Shown here piece by piece: positions 38,400-50,400 of a DNA stretch of 64,000 bases (position 1 is the stretch's first letter; every line of letters starts with the position of its first letter). The translations under genes and the position numbers were made by a program. A model generated the notes under the pieces. It searched no databases and was not told where the DNA came from. It worked only from the letters and a program-made list of their open reading frames with translations. This stretch comes from Mobula hypostoma (lineage: Eukaryota), in NCBI RefSeq assembly GCF_963921235.1, contig NC_086108.1, positions 24,862,001 to 24,926,000 on the forward strand, in the 5' to 3' direction.

Positions 38400-39690
38400 T
38401 CCACAGACCAAGTTAAAAAAATAACTTAGTGGGGGGTAGCTGTGGAGTAATAACAGATAGCTTATCAGTGTTGATTAAATGATGGGGAAAAAGTTAGCAG
38501 ATAGGGTTAATTTTGAAATATATTTTTTGAGCCTGTGTATTGCTACCTCTGAGGTGCTTTCAATGCCAGAAGTTTGGTCATGTAGCAGCTGTGTGTAACG
38601 ATACGAAGCAGTGCGGTAGATATTGTGAAGAACCTAATTATGGTAATTGTGGAGAAGGTGTTGGGCTAAAATGTAGCAACTGTGAACATCATGCAGGGTG
38701 TCCTGTATATAGGAAATCTGTAAAAGTTCAGCATGTTCAGATGGAAATGGACTTATCATATGCAGAGGCTCTGCAGAAACTGCAGAAGATAGTGTCAATA
38801 AGACCTATTGATATCTGAAGTATGAATAGTTTAAAGAGTGTGTAAAGTGCATGATTTTATAACAAAGGATTCTCTGATTGCTGATTACTTAAAGTTTGTA
38901 ACTTTCATGGCAGAGGTGGTAGGTTGTACAGTACAAACACAAATAGGACAAAGAAACTTAAGTTATATTAAAAGCTGCAGTAAAACATCTAGTGACAAAA
39001 GGCTTAATTCTAGAAGTTATTAATGATACCTTACAAGGAGGAGTAGATAATGTTCAGACTTCAAAGGAGGGTTGTTGATGATTTTTCTAATCTCACAATG
39101 GAAAGCTAGAAGCTTGTTAGCTAATGGTCAAGAATTTAAGAAATCTATTGACGATTTACCAAATAAAAAACCTGGTTGAATATTGTCTAAGTTTTAAGAT
39201 AAAAGGTTATGTTGCTATAAGGCACGATCAGAAAATGGTTAATGGAGGAATGTCTACCTTTGTCAAAAAAAAGAGTTAGCATATAGAGTTAAGGAAATGG
39301 GGGTTGTTTATGAGTCAATTGTGGTTGAACTTTGGGGGAAGAATAGCAACATTCAGTTAATAAAATTTTATAACCTTTGTGAAATGTTAACATCTGATAT
39401 ATTGGAAAGTGTGGGCGGAAATGGGAAAAATAAGGTTTTATAGTGTAGGGATTTAAGTGCTCATAAATGTGGGTTTGTAGTGACACAAATATGAATGGGA
39501 TAGTGGTGGAAGTCTTTGTGGAAGAAAAGTGTTTGCTGTGCTTGGATAATGGTAAGAGTAAAAGGATACATCCATTTAGCAACACCGTCTCTGCTGTAGA
39601 CCTCATGCTGGTACCTGAGGATGCAACAAGTGTAACTGTGAAGTGTACATTGCTACAAAAGTGAGGAGTTATCATTTCCCAATTATCTAT
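38400..39690 (+). mobile_element. Decayed I/Nimb-clade LINE (gag zinc knuckle plus endonuclease start)
   Basis: PLRCFQCQKFGHVAAVC..C..C CCHC knuckles at 38540. At ~39078, ISQWKARSLLANGQEFK resembles the ILQWNARSL endonuclease start. Confidence 0.7.
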
Positions 39691-40649
39691 TGCACATTAT
39701 TCTGTATTACGCACTTATTATGTTTATTATCGTAACTAGTTACATAAGTGAGTGTGTGGTAAATGCAAAGATAATGCTTCATATCCCTGAATAATGCTCA
39801 GTTTACACTTGGACACACTTACGCATGTGGCTTCAAAATTGTATGCTTGCTAATTGCTAATAAAGGATTCAACTTTTGGAGCAATCGTTGGAGCTGGGGG
39901 CATACCTTCCAAGTATAACAACTGTAGCGCTCGTAGGCTAGTGTCAATTGTTTTGTATTTGTTTCAGATTTTGGTTTGGTTTTGCCACTACATTCTGTCA
40001 GCAAAAGTTTTCGACATTTATACCAAACAAACATCAACATTCAGATGTGGCCATGAAATTAGGAGCACCGCAGCCTGGATCAGCTTGTGACAAATCGATT
40101 GATTCTTATTGTGGGCATAGAAGCACAGTTTTAAATGTTTAGCCTGTCCAGTTGGTGGACTGAAAGCTGTATAGTGGTGTTTGCATGAAGAGTTTGACCA
40201 CTTGATTCTGTTGAAAAGCTGAAGAACTGAATTGCTTCCATTGTTGAATGCTGAATTAAATTAATATGGGAGATAATTGGACACTGTGAGTGTGTTTTGA
40301 GATGAAATAATTCCTTTTAAAGGATATCCTAGTTAAAATTTCACAAAGAGATGGGCGGTACAAATTGGGCGGTATAAGTTAGTTTAAACAAAGGTAACAA
40401 GAAGGAAGACATAAGAAAAGAGGTCACTTCCTGTATTATGGTCTCAGGTTTACACAGATATCCACTGAGTTAACATTGCACACAATGTGAGTTTTGGAGG
40501 AAAGTAACTACAAACCTACCAAATGTGGATTAAGTGCCTACCCTAAAGATCCACACCATTGAAATCACCGAGTTCAAACAAAACTGCAAGAATAGAGTAA
40601 TGTTAAATGAAAATATTGGGAAAACTTGAAACAAAATATAACAAGAACC

Positions 40650-41000
40650 CAACCCGGAGCAGGAGTAGGCCACCTGGCCCCTCAAACCTGCCCTGCTATT
40701 CAATGTGATCATGGCTGACCTATGCCAGGCCTCAGCTCCATAGGTTAAAGGTGCTAGATCTCCATAACCCCTAATACTTTGCTCTTTCAAGTACTGATTC
40801 ACATCCATCAGGCATTTCTAATAATCTTGCCTCCCCACTATTCTAGAAAATTGTTCTACACTCAGTGAGAAGAGATCTCTGTGTACCTTAGTTTTAATGG
40901 ACCAGCCCCTTATTTGAAGTAATATCCCATTGTTCAAGGCTCTCCCACTAGTGAAAACATCATGCTGTCATGCCCCTTCAGGATCTTAAGTGATCCAAAA
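40650..41000 (-). mobile_element. Decayed CR1 3' end
   Basis: ggagcaggagtaggccacctggcccctcaaacctgcc...gatcatggctgacc is the reverse of a CR1 3' UTR. Confidence 0.65.
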
Positions 41001-41254
41001 AGATTGTCCATCAGACAATTCTACTGATCGTGGAAGGTAGCTAAATAATCAGAAGATAATGCACCTCCCTGCAGAAAAATAATGTGTGTTTGAAGGGTGG
41101 AAATCATTAAGATGGGAGATAATCCAACCTTTTGCTGAAAGTATGTAAATCAATTTCTTTCAGCAGGACTAATCTATTTATAGGATATATCTCAAGTGGT
41201 ATACTTGATTATTAGGCAAATCAAATTATTTTGACCTTTTAAGTGGTGCATTTT

Positions 41255-43035
41255 AGAAACATAGAAACATAGAAAATAGGTGCAGGAGTAGGCCATTCGG
41301 CCCTTCGAGCCTGCACCGCCATTTATTATGATCATGGCTGATCATCCAACTCAGAACCCCGCCCCAGCCTTCCCTCCATACCCCTTGACCCCTGTAGCCA
41401 CAAGGGCCATATCTAACTCCCTCTTAAACATAGCCAATGAACTGGCCTCAACAGTTTGCTGTGGCAGAGAATTCCACAGATTCACCACTCTCTGTGTGAA
41501 GAAGTTTTTCCTAATCTCGGTCCTAAAAGGCTTCCCCTCTATCCTCAAACTGTGACCCCTCGTTCTGGACTTCCCCAACATCGGGAACAATCTTCCTGCA
41601 TCTAGCCTGTCCAATCCCTTTAGGATCTTATACGTTTCAATCAGATCCCCCCTCAATCTTCTAAATTCCAACGAGTACAAGCCCAGTTCATCCAGTCTTT
41701 CTTCATATGAAAGTCCTACCATCCCAGGAATCAATCTGGTGAACCTTCTTTGTACTCCCTCTATGGCAAAGATGTCTTTCCTCAGATTAGGGGACCAAAA
41801 CTGCACACAATACTCCAGGTGTGGTCTCACCAAGGCCTTGTACAACTGCAGTAGTACCTCCCTGCTCCTGTACTCGAATCCTCTCGCTATAAATGCCAGC
41901 ATACCATTCGCCTTTTTCACCGCCTGCTGTACCTGCATGCCCACTTTCAATGACTGGTGTATAATGACACCCAGGTCTCCTTGCACCTAGCCTTTTCCTA
42001 ATCGGCCACCATTCAGATAATAATCTGTTTTCCTATTTTTGCCACCAAAGTGGATAACTTCACATTTATCCACATTAAATTGCATCTGCCATGAGTTTGC
42101 CCACTCACCCAACCTATCCAAGTTACCCTGCATCCTCTTAGCATCCTCCTCACTGCTAACACTGCCACCCAGCTTCGTGTCATCCGCAAACTTGGAGATG
42201 CTGCATTTAATTCCCTCATCCAAGTCATTAATATATATTGTAAACAACTGGGGTCCCAGCACTGAGCCTTGTGGTACCCCACTAGTCACCGCCTGCCATT
42301 CTGAAAAGGTCCCGTTTATTCCCACTCTTTGCTTCCTGTCTGCTAACCAATTCTTCACCCACACCAATACCTTACCCCCAATACCGTGTGCTTTAAGTTT
42401 GCACACTAATCTCCTGTGTGGGACCTTGTCAAGAGCCTTTTGAAAATCCAAATATACCACATCCACTGGTTCTCCCCTACCCACTCTACTAGTTACATCC
42501 TCAAAAAATTCTATGAGATTCGTCAGACATGATTTTCCTTTCACAAATCCATGCTGACTTTGTCCGATCATTTCACCGCTTTCCAAATGTGCTGTTATCA
42601 CATCCTTGATAACTGACTCCAGCAGTTTCCCCACCACCGACGTTAGGCTAACCGGTCTATAATTCCCCGGTTTCTCTCTCCCTCCTTTTTTAAAAAGTGG
42701 GGTTACATTAGCCACCCTCCAATCCTCAGGAACTAGTCCAGAATCTAACGAGTTTTGAAAAATTATCACTAATGCATCCACTATTTCTTGGGCTACTTCT
42801 TTAAGCACTCTAGGATGCAGACCATCTGGCCCTGGGAATTTATCTGCCTTCAATCCCTTCAATTTACCTAACACCACTTCCCTACTAACATGTATTTCAC
42901 TCAGTTCCTCCATCTCACTGGACCCTCTGTCCCTTACTATTTCTGGAAGATTATTTATGTCCTCCTTACTGAAGACAGAACCAAAGTAATTATTCAATTG
43001 GTCTGCCATGTCCTTGCTCCCCATAATCAATTCAT
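41255..43035 (-). mobile_element. Very young 5'-truncated CR1 LINE with an almost intact RT
   Basis: ORFs 41987-43048 and 41351-41986 are in the same frame, separated by one TAG. They contain NYRPVSLTSVVGK, VYLDFQKALDKV, GVPQGSVLGP and KFADDTKL. Tail (agaaacat)n at 41255. Confidence 0.96.
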
Positions 43036-43612
43036 CATGTTGGAACATTGTCTGTAGTTTTGTCTATCTTGCACTTAAACAGATATTGATGCATTCACAG
43101 GGTATTCTGAGAAATATTAATTAGCATAATTCAAATGCTTATTGAATTGTGAAGAGAGTTTGCATAACAATTTATATTTACAGAAAACATGGTCCAAACC
43201 TTTAAAATAATGCAGGCAGAGAGAATATAAAAGGAAATTGGTCATTTTTGTTGCAAATGTAGGCAAACTATTTTGCTTAGATGATAAGGAAAACAAGCAA
43301 ATAAATAATCAATATGTCCTCTCCCTCTGTAGCTAGCAATACTTACCATAAAGAATCAAAGCAAGCAACATTTCAAATCCAATGCTCATTTATTTGCTAT
43401 GGATGATAAAAGGAACAAAATTTATCAAGGTAAGTGTTGGTCTTTAAATATGCAGTGGACTGATATGTGCTGGCAAAGCAAATATTAATAGTCTAGAAAT
43501 TGAGTTAGAAAAGAATAATGTGCCTCCTTTTATATGTAAAAAAAGGATTGCATATGGGATGCAATTTGGAGCATTTGCACTGGTTAATTACAGAAGACCT
43601 GCTCATAAGAAA

Positions 43613-44018
43613 CACAAAATACTCTGCAGATGCTGGGGTCAAAGCAACACTCTCAACACGCTGGAGGAACTCAGCAGGTTGGGCAGCATCCATGGAAACA
43701 ATCAGTCAATGTTTCAGGCCGGAACCCTTTGTCAGGACTGAAGAGGGAAAGGGCAGAGGCCTTATAAAGAAGGTGGGGGGAGGGTGGGAAGGAGAAGGCT
43801 GGTAGGTGCCAGGTGAAAAACCAGTAAGGGGAAAGATAAAGGGGTGGGGGAGGGAAAGCAGGGAGGTGATAGGCAGGAAAGGTGAAGAAGGAATAGGGGA
43901 AAACACAATGGGTAGTAGAAGGAGGTGGAAACATGAGGGAGGTAGTAGGCAGCTGGGGGAGGGGCAGAGTGAAATAGGGATAGGGGAAGGGAGGGGGAGG
44001 GAATTACCCGAAGTTGGA
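43613..44018 (-). mobile_element. Penelope-like 3' fragment with TSD
   Basis: Terminal repeat plus purine-rich UTR, flanked by the direct repeat ctgctcataagaaa (43599-43612 and 44019-44032). Confidence 0.85.
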
Positions 44019-44550
44019 CTGCTCATAAGAAAGTTGGACTCAGTACTTCCTGTTATGATTCACTCGAACACTGATGTCATTGCCTTTTCATATTTCCCAC
44101 ACATGTAAATGTAATTAATGTGTGCAATGCCTCCTTAGTTAACCCCTGATAAAAAATAGGACAAAAGACAATGTCTTAAGACCTTTGTTATTAACTCACA
44201 ATCAACATGTAGTAAATAAGGCTGAAAGTAGTATAACTATGTGATTGAAAACATCTCCTCTGAGATATTATTTTTAACTGTAGCAGATCATCCTCACAGT
44301 TTTATCTACACAAGTCTTCATTGCTGAAGGCCTCAGTAGAGATTATGAGTTCTGTGAATGGATAAGCGTGCTCACCTATGTTGCTGGTGGCTGCTGTTGA
44401 AGGTAGGGGCTTTGGATCACGAGCAGTCATGGAGCACAATTGACCTTTCTAGGTTCAGACACCAAAGAAAGCTTTTTTGATTTATCACATCAACAACAGA
44501 GACCTACAGACCATTGTTATTCCCTGTCCAGCAGATAACAGTGTGTTATA

Positions 44551-45760
44551 AACACAAAAGATTCTGCATATGTTGGAAATCTAGAGTAACACATGCAAAA
44601 TGCTGGAGGAACTCAGCAGGTCAGGCAGCATCTATGGAAAGAGATAAACTGTCGATGATTTGGGCCAGAACATTCATCAGGACTGGAAAGGAAGGAGGAA
44701 GAAGCCAGAATAAGAAGTTTGGTGGATGGGGTAAGAATACAAGATGAAAGGTGATTGGTGAAGTCAGGTGAGGAGGAGGGTAGGTGGGTAGAAGGAAAGA
44801 GATGAAGTGAGAAGCTGCAATGTGATAGGTGGAAAAGGTAAAGTACTGGAGAAGAAAGAATTTGATAGGAAACAATAGCCTGATGATCTTTGATTCTCTT
44901 CAAGGTGTTAAGTAAGACGAGGTGTTTGACAGTTGCTTCTTGAACTCTGCAAGGTAGCGGTCAGTCCAACAGCACCCCTGTTATCTTCAGGTTTAATGGT
45001 GAGACTGGAATTGGTGTGGAGCAAATCAAGAGCAATGTTTTTTAAGGTGGAAAAGTACAAACAGGAGAGAGGAGTGCCGAAGTTGAGACTGTTGATGTCT
45101 CATTGGCAATTAGAGAAGTAAAGATTCACAGCGGCAAAAAGCCAGAGTGGCATCTCAAAAAGGAGAAGGATTGGAGATTCAAGGAAGGGTCATCGGTGCA
45201 GGGTGGAGAACCATTGAAGAAGAAGTGGGCGTGGTGTTGTGGTGAGTGCAGAACTCAGAGGTGAGGGTGCAGAGGGACAAAGTAAGACCCTTGATGAGGA
45301 CAGAACATTCATCCACAGAGCGGGGAAGGTCAGAGTGGGTACAGGGCAGGAATAGAGATGGGGTCAGATAGGGGAAGAGAAGTTGGTGGAGTCAGAGGAG
45401 AGGGGAGGGTTGAGGTGTGCATAGAAGGTTGGGTCAGAGAAAGATGGACGCTCCAAGAAATCAAGAGGTGATGAGGGGTAGAGGGGAGCAAGACTGAGAG
45501 AGCCGGGGTTGGTGGGAGTAGTGGAGGAGGAAGGGGAGCCATGAGGCCCAGTGGCAGTGAGAAAGGTTTTGGCCTGAGGTGCTAATGGCACCTTCAGAGG
45601 TGGAGGCCATGTAATGCATGGTGTGAAGACGTCCGAGGCCATAGGAACCAGAGCTGTAGACATCAGGATCCATGGTGTGGAGAAGCCCGAGAAAGTTGGA
45701 AACAAAGTTAGAGATGCCAGGATTCGCAGTGTGGAAAAGTCCAGAATGGTTGGATCCAAA
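44551..45760 (-). mobile_element. Internally deleted Penelope-like element (terminal repeat plus ORF N-terminal relic)
   Basis: Terminal repeat at 44551-44880. The minus strand near 45270-45320 reads LSVDECSVLIKGLT (Penelope LS..E..VL.KGL.F motif), and near 45090-45130 reads NLYFSNCQ.DINSLNF. Confidence 0.65.
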
Positions 45761-47897
45761 GTTGGAGACGTCGGGATCTGTGGGTGCAGAGGCATCAGGA
45801 GTGAGCAGAATCGGAGTTGGAGGTGTCGGGATCTGTGGGTGCAGAGGCATCAGGAGTGAGCAGAATCGGAGTTGGAGGTGTCGGGATCTGTGGGTGCAGA
45901 GGCATCTGGAGTGAGTGAAATCGGAGTTGGAGATGTCAGGATCTGTGAGTGTAGAGGCATCTGGAGTGAGTGAAATTGGAGTTGGAGATGTCGGGATCTG
46001 TGGGTGTAGAGACATCTGGAGTGAGCAGAACCGGAGTTGGAGATGTCGAGATCTGTGGGTGTAGAGATCTGGAGTGAGTGGAATTGGAGTTGGAGATGTC
46101 GGGATCTGTGGTGTAGAGACCAGGAGTGAGTGAAATCAGAGTTGGAGATGTTGGGATCTGTGGTGTAGAGACCAGGAGTGAGTGAAATCAGAGTTGGAGA
46201 TATCGGGATCTGTGGGTGTAGAGGCATCTGGAGTGAGTGAAATCAGAGTTGGAGATGTTGGAATCTGTGGGTGTAGAGATCTGGAGTGAGTGGAATTGGA
46301 GTTGGAGATGTCGGGATCTGTGGTGTAGAGACCAGGAGTGAGTGAAATCAGAGTTGGAGATGTTGGGATCTGTGGTGTAGAGACCAGGAGTGGGTGAAAT
46401 CAGAGTTGGAGATATCGGGATCTGTGGGTGTAGAGGCATCTGGAGTGAGTGAAATCGGAGTTGGAGATGTCGGGATCTATGGGTGTAGAGATCTGGAGTG
46501 AGTGAAATCGGAGTTGGAGATGTTGGGATCTGTGGGCGTAGAGACCTGGAGTGAGCGGAATTGGAGTTGGAGATGTTGGGATCTGTGGGTGTTGGGACAT
46601 CTGGAGTGAGTGAAATGAGAGTTGGGGATGTCGGGATCTGTGGGTGTAGGGACATCTGGAGTGAGTGAAATGGGAGTTGGAGATGTTGGGATCTATGGGT
46701 GCAGAGACCTGGAGAGAGTGAAATCGGAGTTGGAGATGTTGGGATCTGTGGGTGTAGAGGCATCAGGAGTGAGTGGAATCGGAGTTGGAGATGTTGGGAT
46801 CTGTGGGTGTAGAGGCATCAGGAGTGAGTGGAATCGAAGTTGGAGATGTTGGGATCTGTGGGTGTAGAGGCATCTGGAGTGAGCGGAATCGGAGTTGGAG
46901 ATGTCGGGATCTGTGGGAGTAGAGACCTGGAGTGAGCAGAATCGGAGTTGGAGATATTGGGATCTGTGGGTGTAGAGACATCTGGAGTGAGTGAAATCGG
47001 AGTTGGGGATGTCGGGATCTGTGGGTGTTGGGACATCTGGAGTGAGTGAAATGGGAGTTGGAGATGTTGGGATCTATGGGTGCAGAGACCTGGAGAGAGT
47101 GAAATTGGAGTTGGAGATGTCGGGATCTGTGGGTGTAGAGGCATCAGGAGTGAGTGGAATCGGAGTTGGAGATGTCGGGATCTGTGGGTGTAGAGGCATC
47201 TGGAGTGAGCAGAATCGGAGTTGGAGATGTCGGAATCTGTGGGTGTAGGGACATCTGGAGTGAGCGGAATCAGAGTTGGAGATGTCGGGATCTGTGGGCG
47301 TAGGGACATCTGGAGTGAGCGGAATTGGAGTTGGAGATGTCGGGATCTGTGGGTGTAGAGGCATCAGGAGTGAGCGGAATCAGAGTTGGAGATGTTGGGA
47401 TCTGTGGGTGTAGAGGCATCAGGAGTTAGTGGAATCGGAGTTGGAGATGTCGGGATCTGTGGGTGTAGAGGCATCTGGAGTGAGCAGAATCGGAGTTAGA
47501 GATGTCGGAATCTGTGGGTGTAGGGACATCTGGAGTGAGCGGAATCAGAGTTGGAGATGTCGGGATCTGTGGGCGTAGGGACATCTGGAGTGAGCGGAAT
47601 TGGAGTTGGAGATGTCGGAATCTGTGGGCGTAGGGACATCTGGAGTGAGCGGAATTGGAGTTGGAGATGTCGGAATCTGTGGGTGTAGGGACATCTGGAG
47701 TGAGTGAAATCGGAGTTGGAGATGTCGGGATCTGTGGGTGCAGAGACCTGGAGAGAGTGAAATCAGAGTTGGAGATATCGGGATCTGTGGGTGCAGAGAC
47801 CTGGAGAGAGTGAAATCGGAGTTGAAGATGTCGGGATCTGTAAGCGTAGAGACATCTGGAGTGAGCAGAATCGGTGTTGGAGATGTCGGGATCTGTG
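45761..47897. repeat. Minisatellite, ~55-bp unit (52-55), about 39 copies
   Basis: Consensus ggagttggagatgtcgggatctgtgggtgtagaggcatctggagtgagtgaaatc repeated head to tail. Confidence 0.97.
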
Positions 47898-48469
47898 ATC
47901 TGGAGGAGTTCAGGTAAAAGTATATGCCAGATTTGAATGCTACCTACAAAGTAAAATTCATCACATTTACTTAAAGGAAAGATGTAACATATTCATGAGT
48001 TTCTTTTGGTGTCCTTCCTTTCAGCACTTAAGCAAAATGTAAGGCTCATTTAGGACACCATTTGTGGAGAAAATCAGACTAACTTATGTTTTCTCTGTTT
48101 GAAATTTCTGTAAATATTATTTACAACATGTAATATTAATTTTCTGTGAGACTGTCAACATTCTATATCTGAAAATTAACAGAGCTTCAAGTTCTTCCAC
48201 AGATTCTCAATTTGCTTGCTGTTTTCCTTACCCTCTAAGCAAAATAGCCTACCTATATATAGCACTGAAGATGGCCAGCTTTGATTTAAATTTAAAAAAA
48301 CAACAAATTTTATGACGTACGTCAGTGATAACAAACCTATTTCTGATGTTAACCCTGCCTGTGTAATTTTAAAGATTTGACTATATCTTCTGACAATGTA
48401 TTCTGTTATATAAGCCTCTCTTTCTCAACTTCATTGAATGTTGCTAAGCCTGTACTTGACAAAATTCAG

Positions 48470-48810
48470 AAGGATGATAGGGGATCTCTGAAGAACCTGG
48501 ATGCAGTGGACATGGAGAGGATGTCTCCATTGGTAGGAGAGTCCAGGATCCAAGGACACAGCTTCAGAGTGAAGGGATGATCTTTACAACTGAGATGTGG
48601 AGGAATTGGTTTCAGCTGAGAGGGTGGTGAACCTGTGGAACTCGTTGGCACAGAGGCCAAGTCATTGGATAATGGAGAATGACATTTTACTGAATGTTAA
48701 AGGGTTTAAGTGTCAAAGGCAGAAGGCAAGAAACAATCTATGATTGAACTTTGCAGCAGACTCTATGGATCAAATGGCCTGATTCTGCTCCTATATCCTG
48801 TGGTCTTATT
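48470..48810 (+). mobile_element. Decayed CR1 3' end
   Basis: VDMERMSPLVGESRIQGHSFRVKG, gagagggtggtgaacctgtggaactc and the CR1 3' UTR. Confidence 0.7.
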
Positions 48811-49544
48811 TACTTACAGCAGCCAGGTTTTCCTTGAAGTCGTGCCGCGTTAGGGTCAACATTCAAAATGCATTCTGAATTCCTACGAGGCTATAACCTG
48901 AAATGGTGGCTCCGGCGTTCCTCTCTCCTTTGGAATCCAGGGATATTTATAGTATCCAAATAGCCACATATCTGTCATCATCTAATTCCAATTTAAGGGC
49001 AACTGATTCTCTCAGTTGTAAAATAAGGCTTCCTTAGCAGAAAACAAAAAAAAAATTGCGTAGAGTTATGCGATAGTCAACTCCAATCATTTTAGATTGC
49101 GACTGAATATCTGCCTTGTATTTTGCTTCTGCTTTCACTAATTTTGTCAGATACTGTACAATATCAATAACTTCAAGTGGAATCACAGAATGGCAACATA
49201 ACTGAATACCTGTCACTGATTATATTATTACATAATTGAATGTAATGAAGAGATAATGCGTTGAGATAATATATCTGGATCATTATCACCACAGATCCTC
49301 ATAAATACTGATATTCTGTATACAATGTATTGCTTTAGTTATTGCAAGGATAGAAAGTATTTATTTCCCATCCTCCACACAAAAGAGTACAATTTAATAA
49401 ATTGTACACAGAATTTACCGTTCATACAGAATTTGGACCATTAATTCCCTTCTTTGAAGATGATGATGGTAATAAGTATCTTCTTAACTAGATAGTTACC
49501 TCTGTATAATTTCTCAGGATGTCAGAAAAAGGTTTGTCTACAGC

Positions 49545-49790
49545 GGATTTCCATAATGCCTGTCACTACCTCAGGTCATTAAAAAATACTTTATAGCCAA
49601 TGAAATAATTTGGGGATGCTGCAGCTGTAAAATGGAAAATGCAACAGCCAATTAATAAATGGTAAGTTCCCACAAAAGAACAATGTGATAATAGCCAGCT
49701 TTATTTGGACTAATGCTGTCTCATGATCACTATACTAGAAGATTTTTACAGATTCCTACAAAAATAACAGCACTGCGGTATCTAAAATGA
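49545..49790 (-). mobile_element. Ancient DeuSINE-like (AmnSINE/SacSINE family) relic
   Basis: actttatagccaatgaaata...aatgcaacagccaatt...ttcccacaaaagaacaatgtgataatagccag matches from memory the reverse strand of the Deu domain. Confidence 0.55.
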
Positions 49791-50124
49791 ATGTTGTTGT
49801 GATAAGCTTGAGAACAGAAAACTATCCTATGAAAGGATCGTGACCATTCATCATAATTAAATCCTAAACAGAAATGATATTTGGGGAACAAAGCTAATCA
49901 AGAAAACTGTTCAATATAATTTTAGTGGAACCTTCTGATTTTATGCTGTATTTATTCCAAAATTCCAAAATTGAGGGGTCAATTGCGACTTTTCTGGTTT
50001 GGAAGGGGATAAAGGTGTGGAGTTGAAAGTAAGGTTGGTGATGATGAACACACAGGAGTGTTCAAAAGGCTATATTTGCAAATTAGCTGGGTTCTCAGTG
50101 ACATTGCAGACTTTTCTTGCAGAT

Positions 50125-50400
50125 CACAACTGTATAGCAGTTAGCGCCACACTATTACAGTTCAGGACGTTGGAGATTAAAGTTCAATTCCAGTGCCATC
50201 TGAAGGAGTTTGTACTTTCTACCTGTGATTGCGTGGATTTCCTCCGGGTGCTCCGGTTTCCTCCCAAAGTCAAAAGATGTACTGGTTTACTGAGTTAATT
50301 AGTCAGTGCAAATAGATGGGTTGCTGGGCAGTTTGGTTCATTTGGCTGGAAGGACCTGTAACATGCTGTATCTCAAATTAAAAATAAATAAAATAAAATC
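50125..50400 (+). mobile_element. V-SINE (HE1-like)
   Basis: tRNA-like head with gttcaattcc, V-domain 'tgcgtggatttcctccgggtgctccggtttcctccc', and an A-rich tail. Confidence 0.75.

Noticed and set aside
44376..44460. Possible minus-strand exon ending at a GTGAG donor (KGQLCSMTARDPKPLPSTAATSNI)
   Set aside because: No similarity to remembered ASTN1 sequence and no convincing polypyrimidine acceptor.
45364..47364. Many overlapping Pro/Thr/Ser-rich ORFs (MPLHPQIPTSPTPI...)
   Set aside because: They are translations of the 55-bp minisatellite. The unit is not a multiple of 3 and there are no supporting splice signals.
45761..47897. CRISPR-like array
   Set aside because: Units are contiguous with no unique spacers, there are no cas genes, and the context is eukaryotic.
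48312..48325. Palindrome tgacgtacgtca (CRE-like)
   Set aside because: Lies in a decayed Rex-like 3' tail (acaaattt..gac....gtcagtgata..aaacc); most likely chance.
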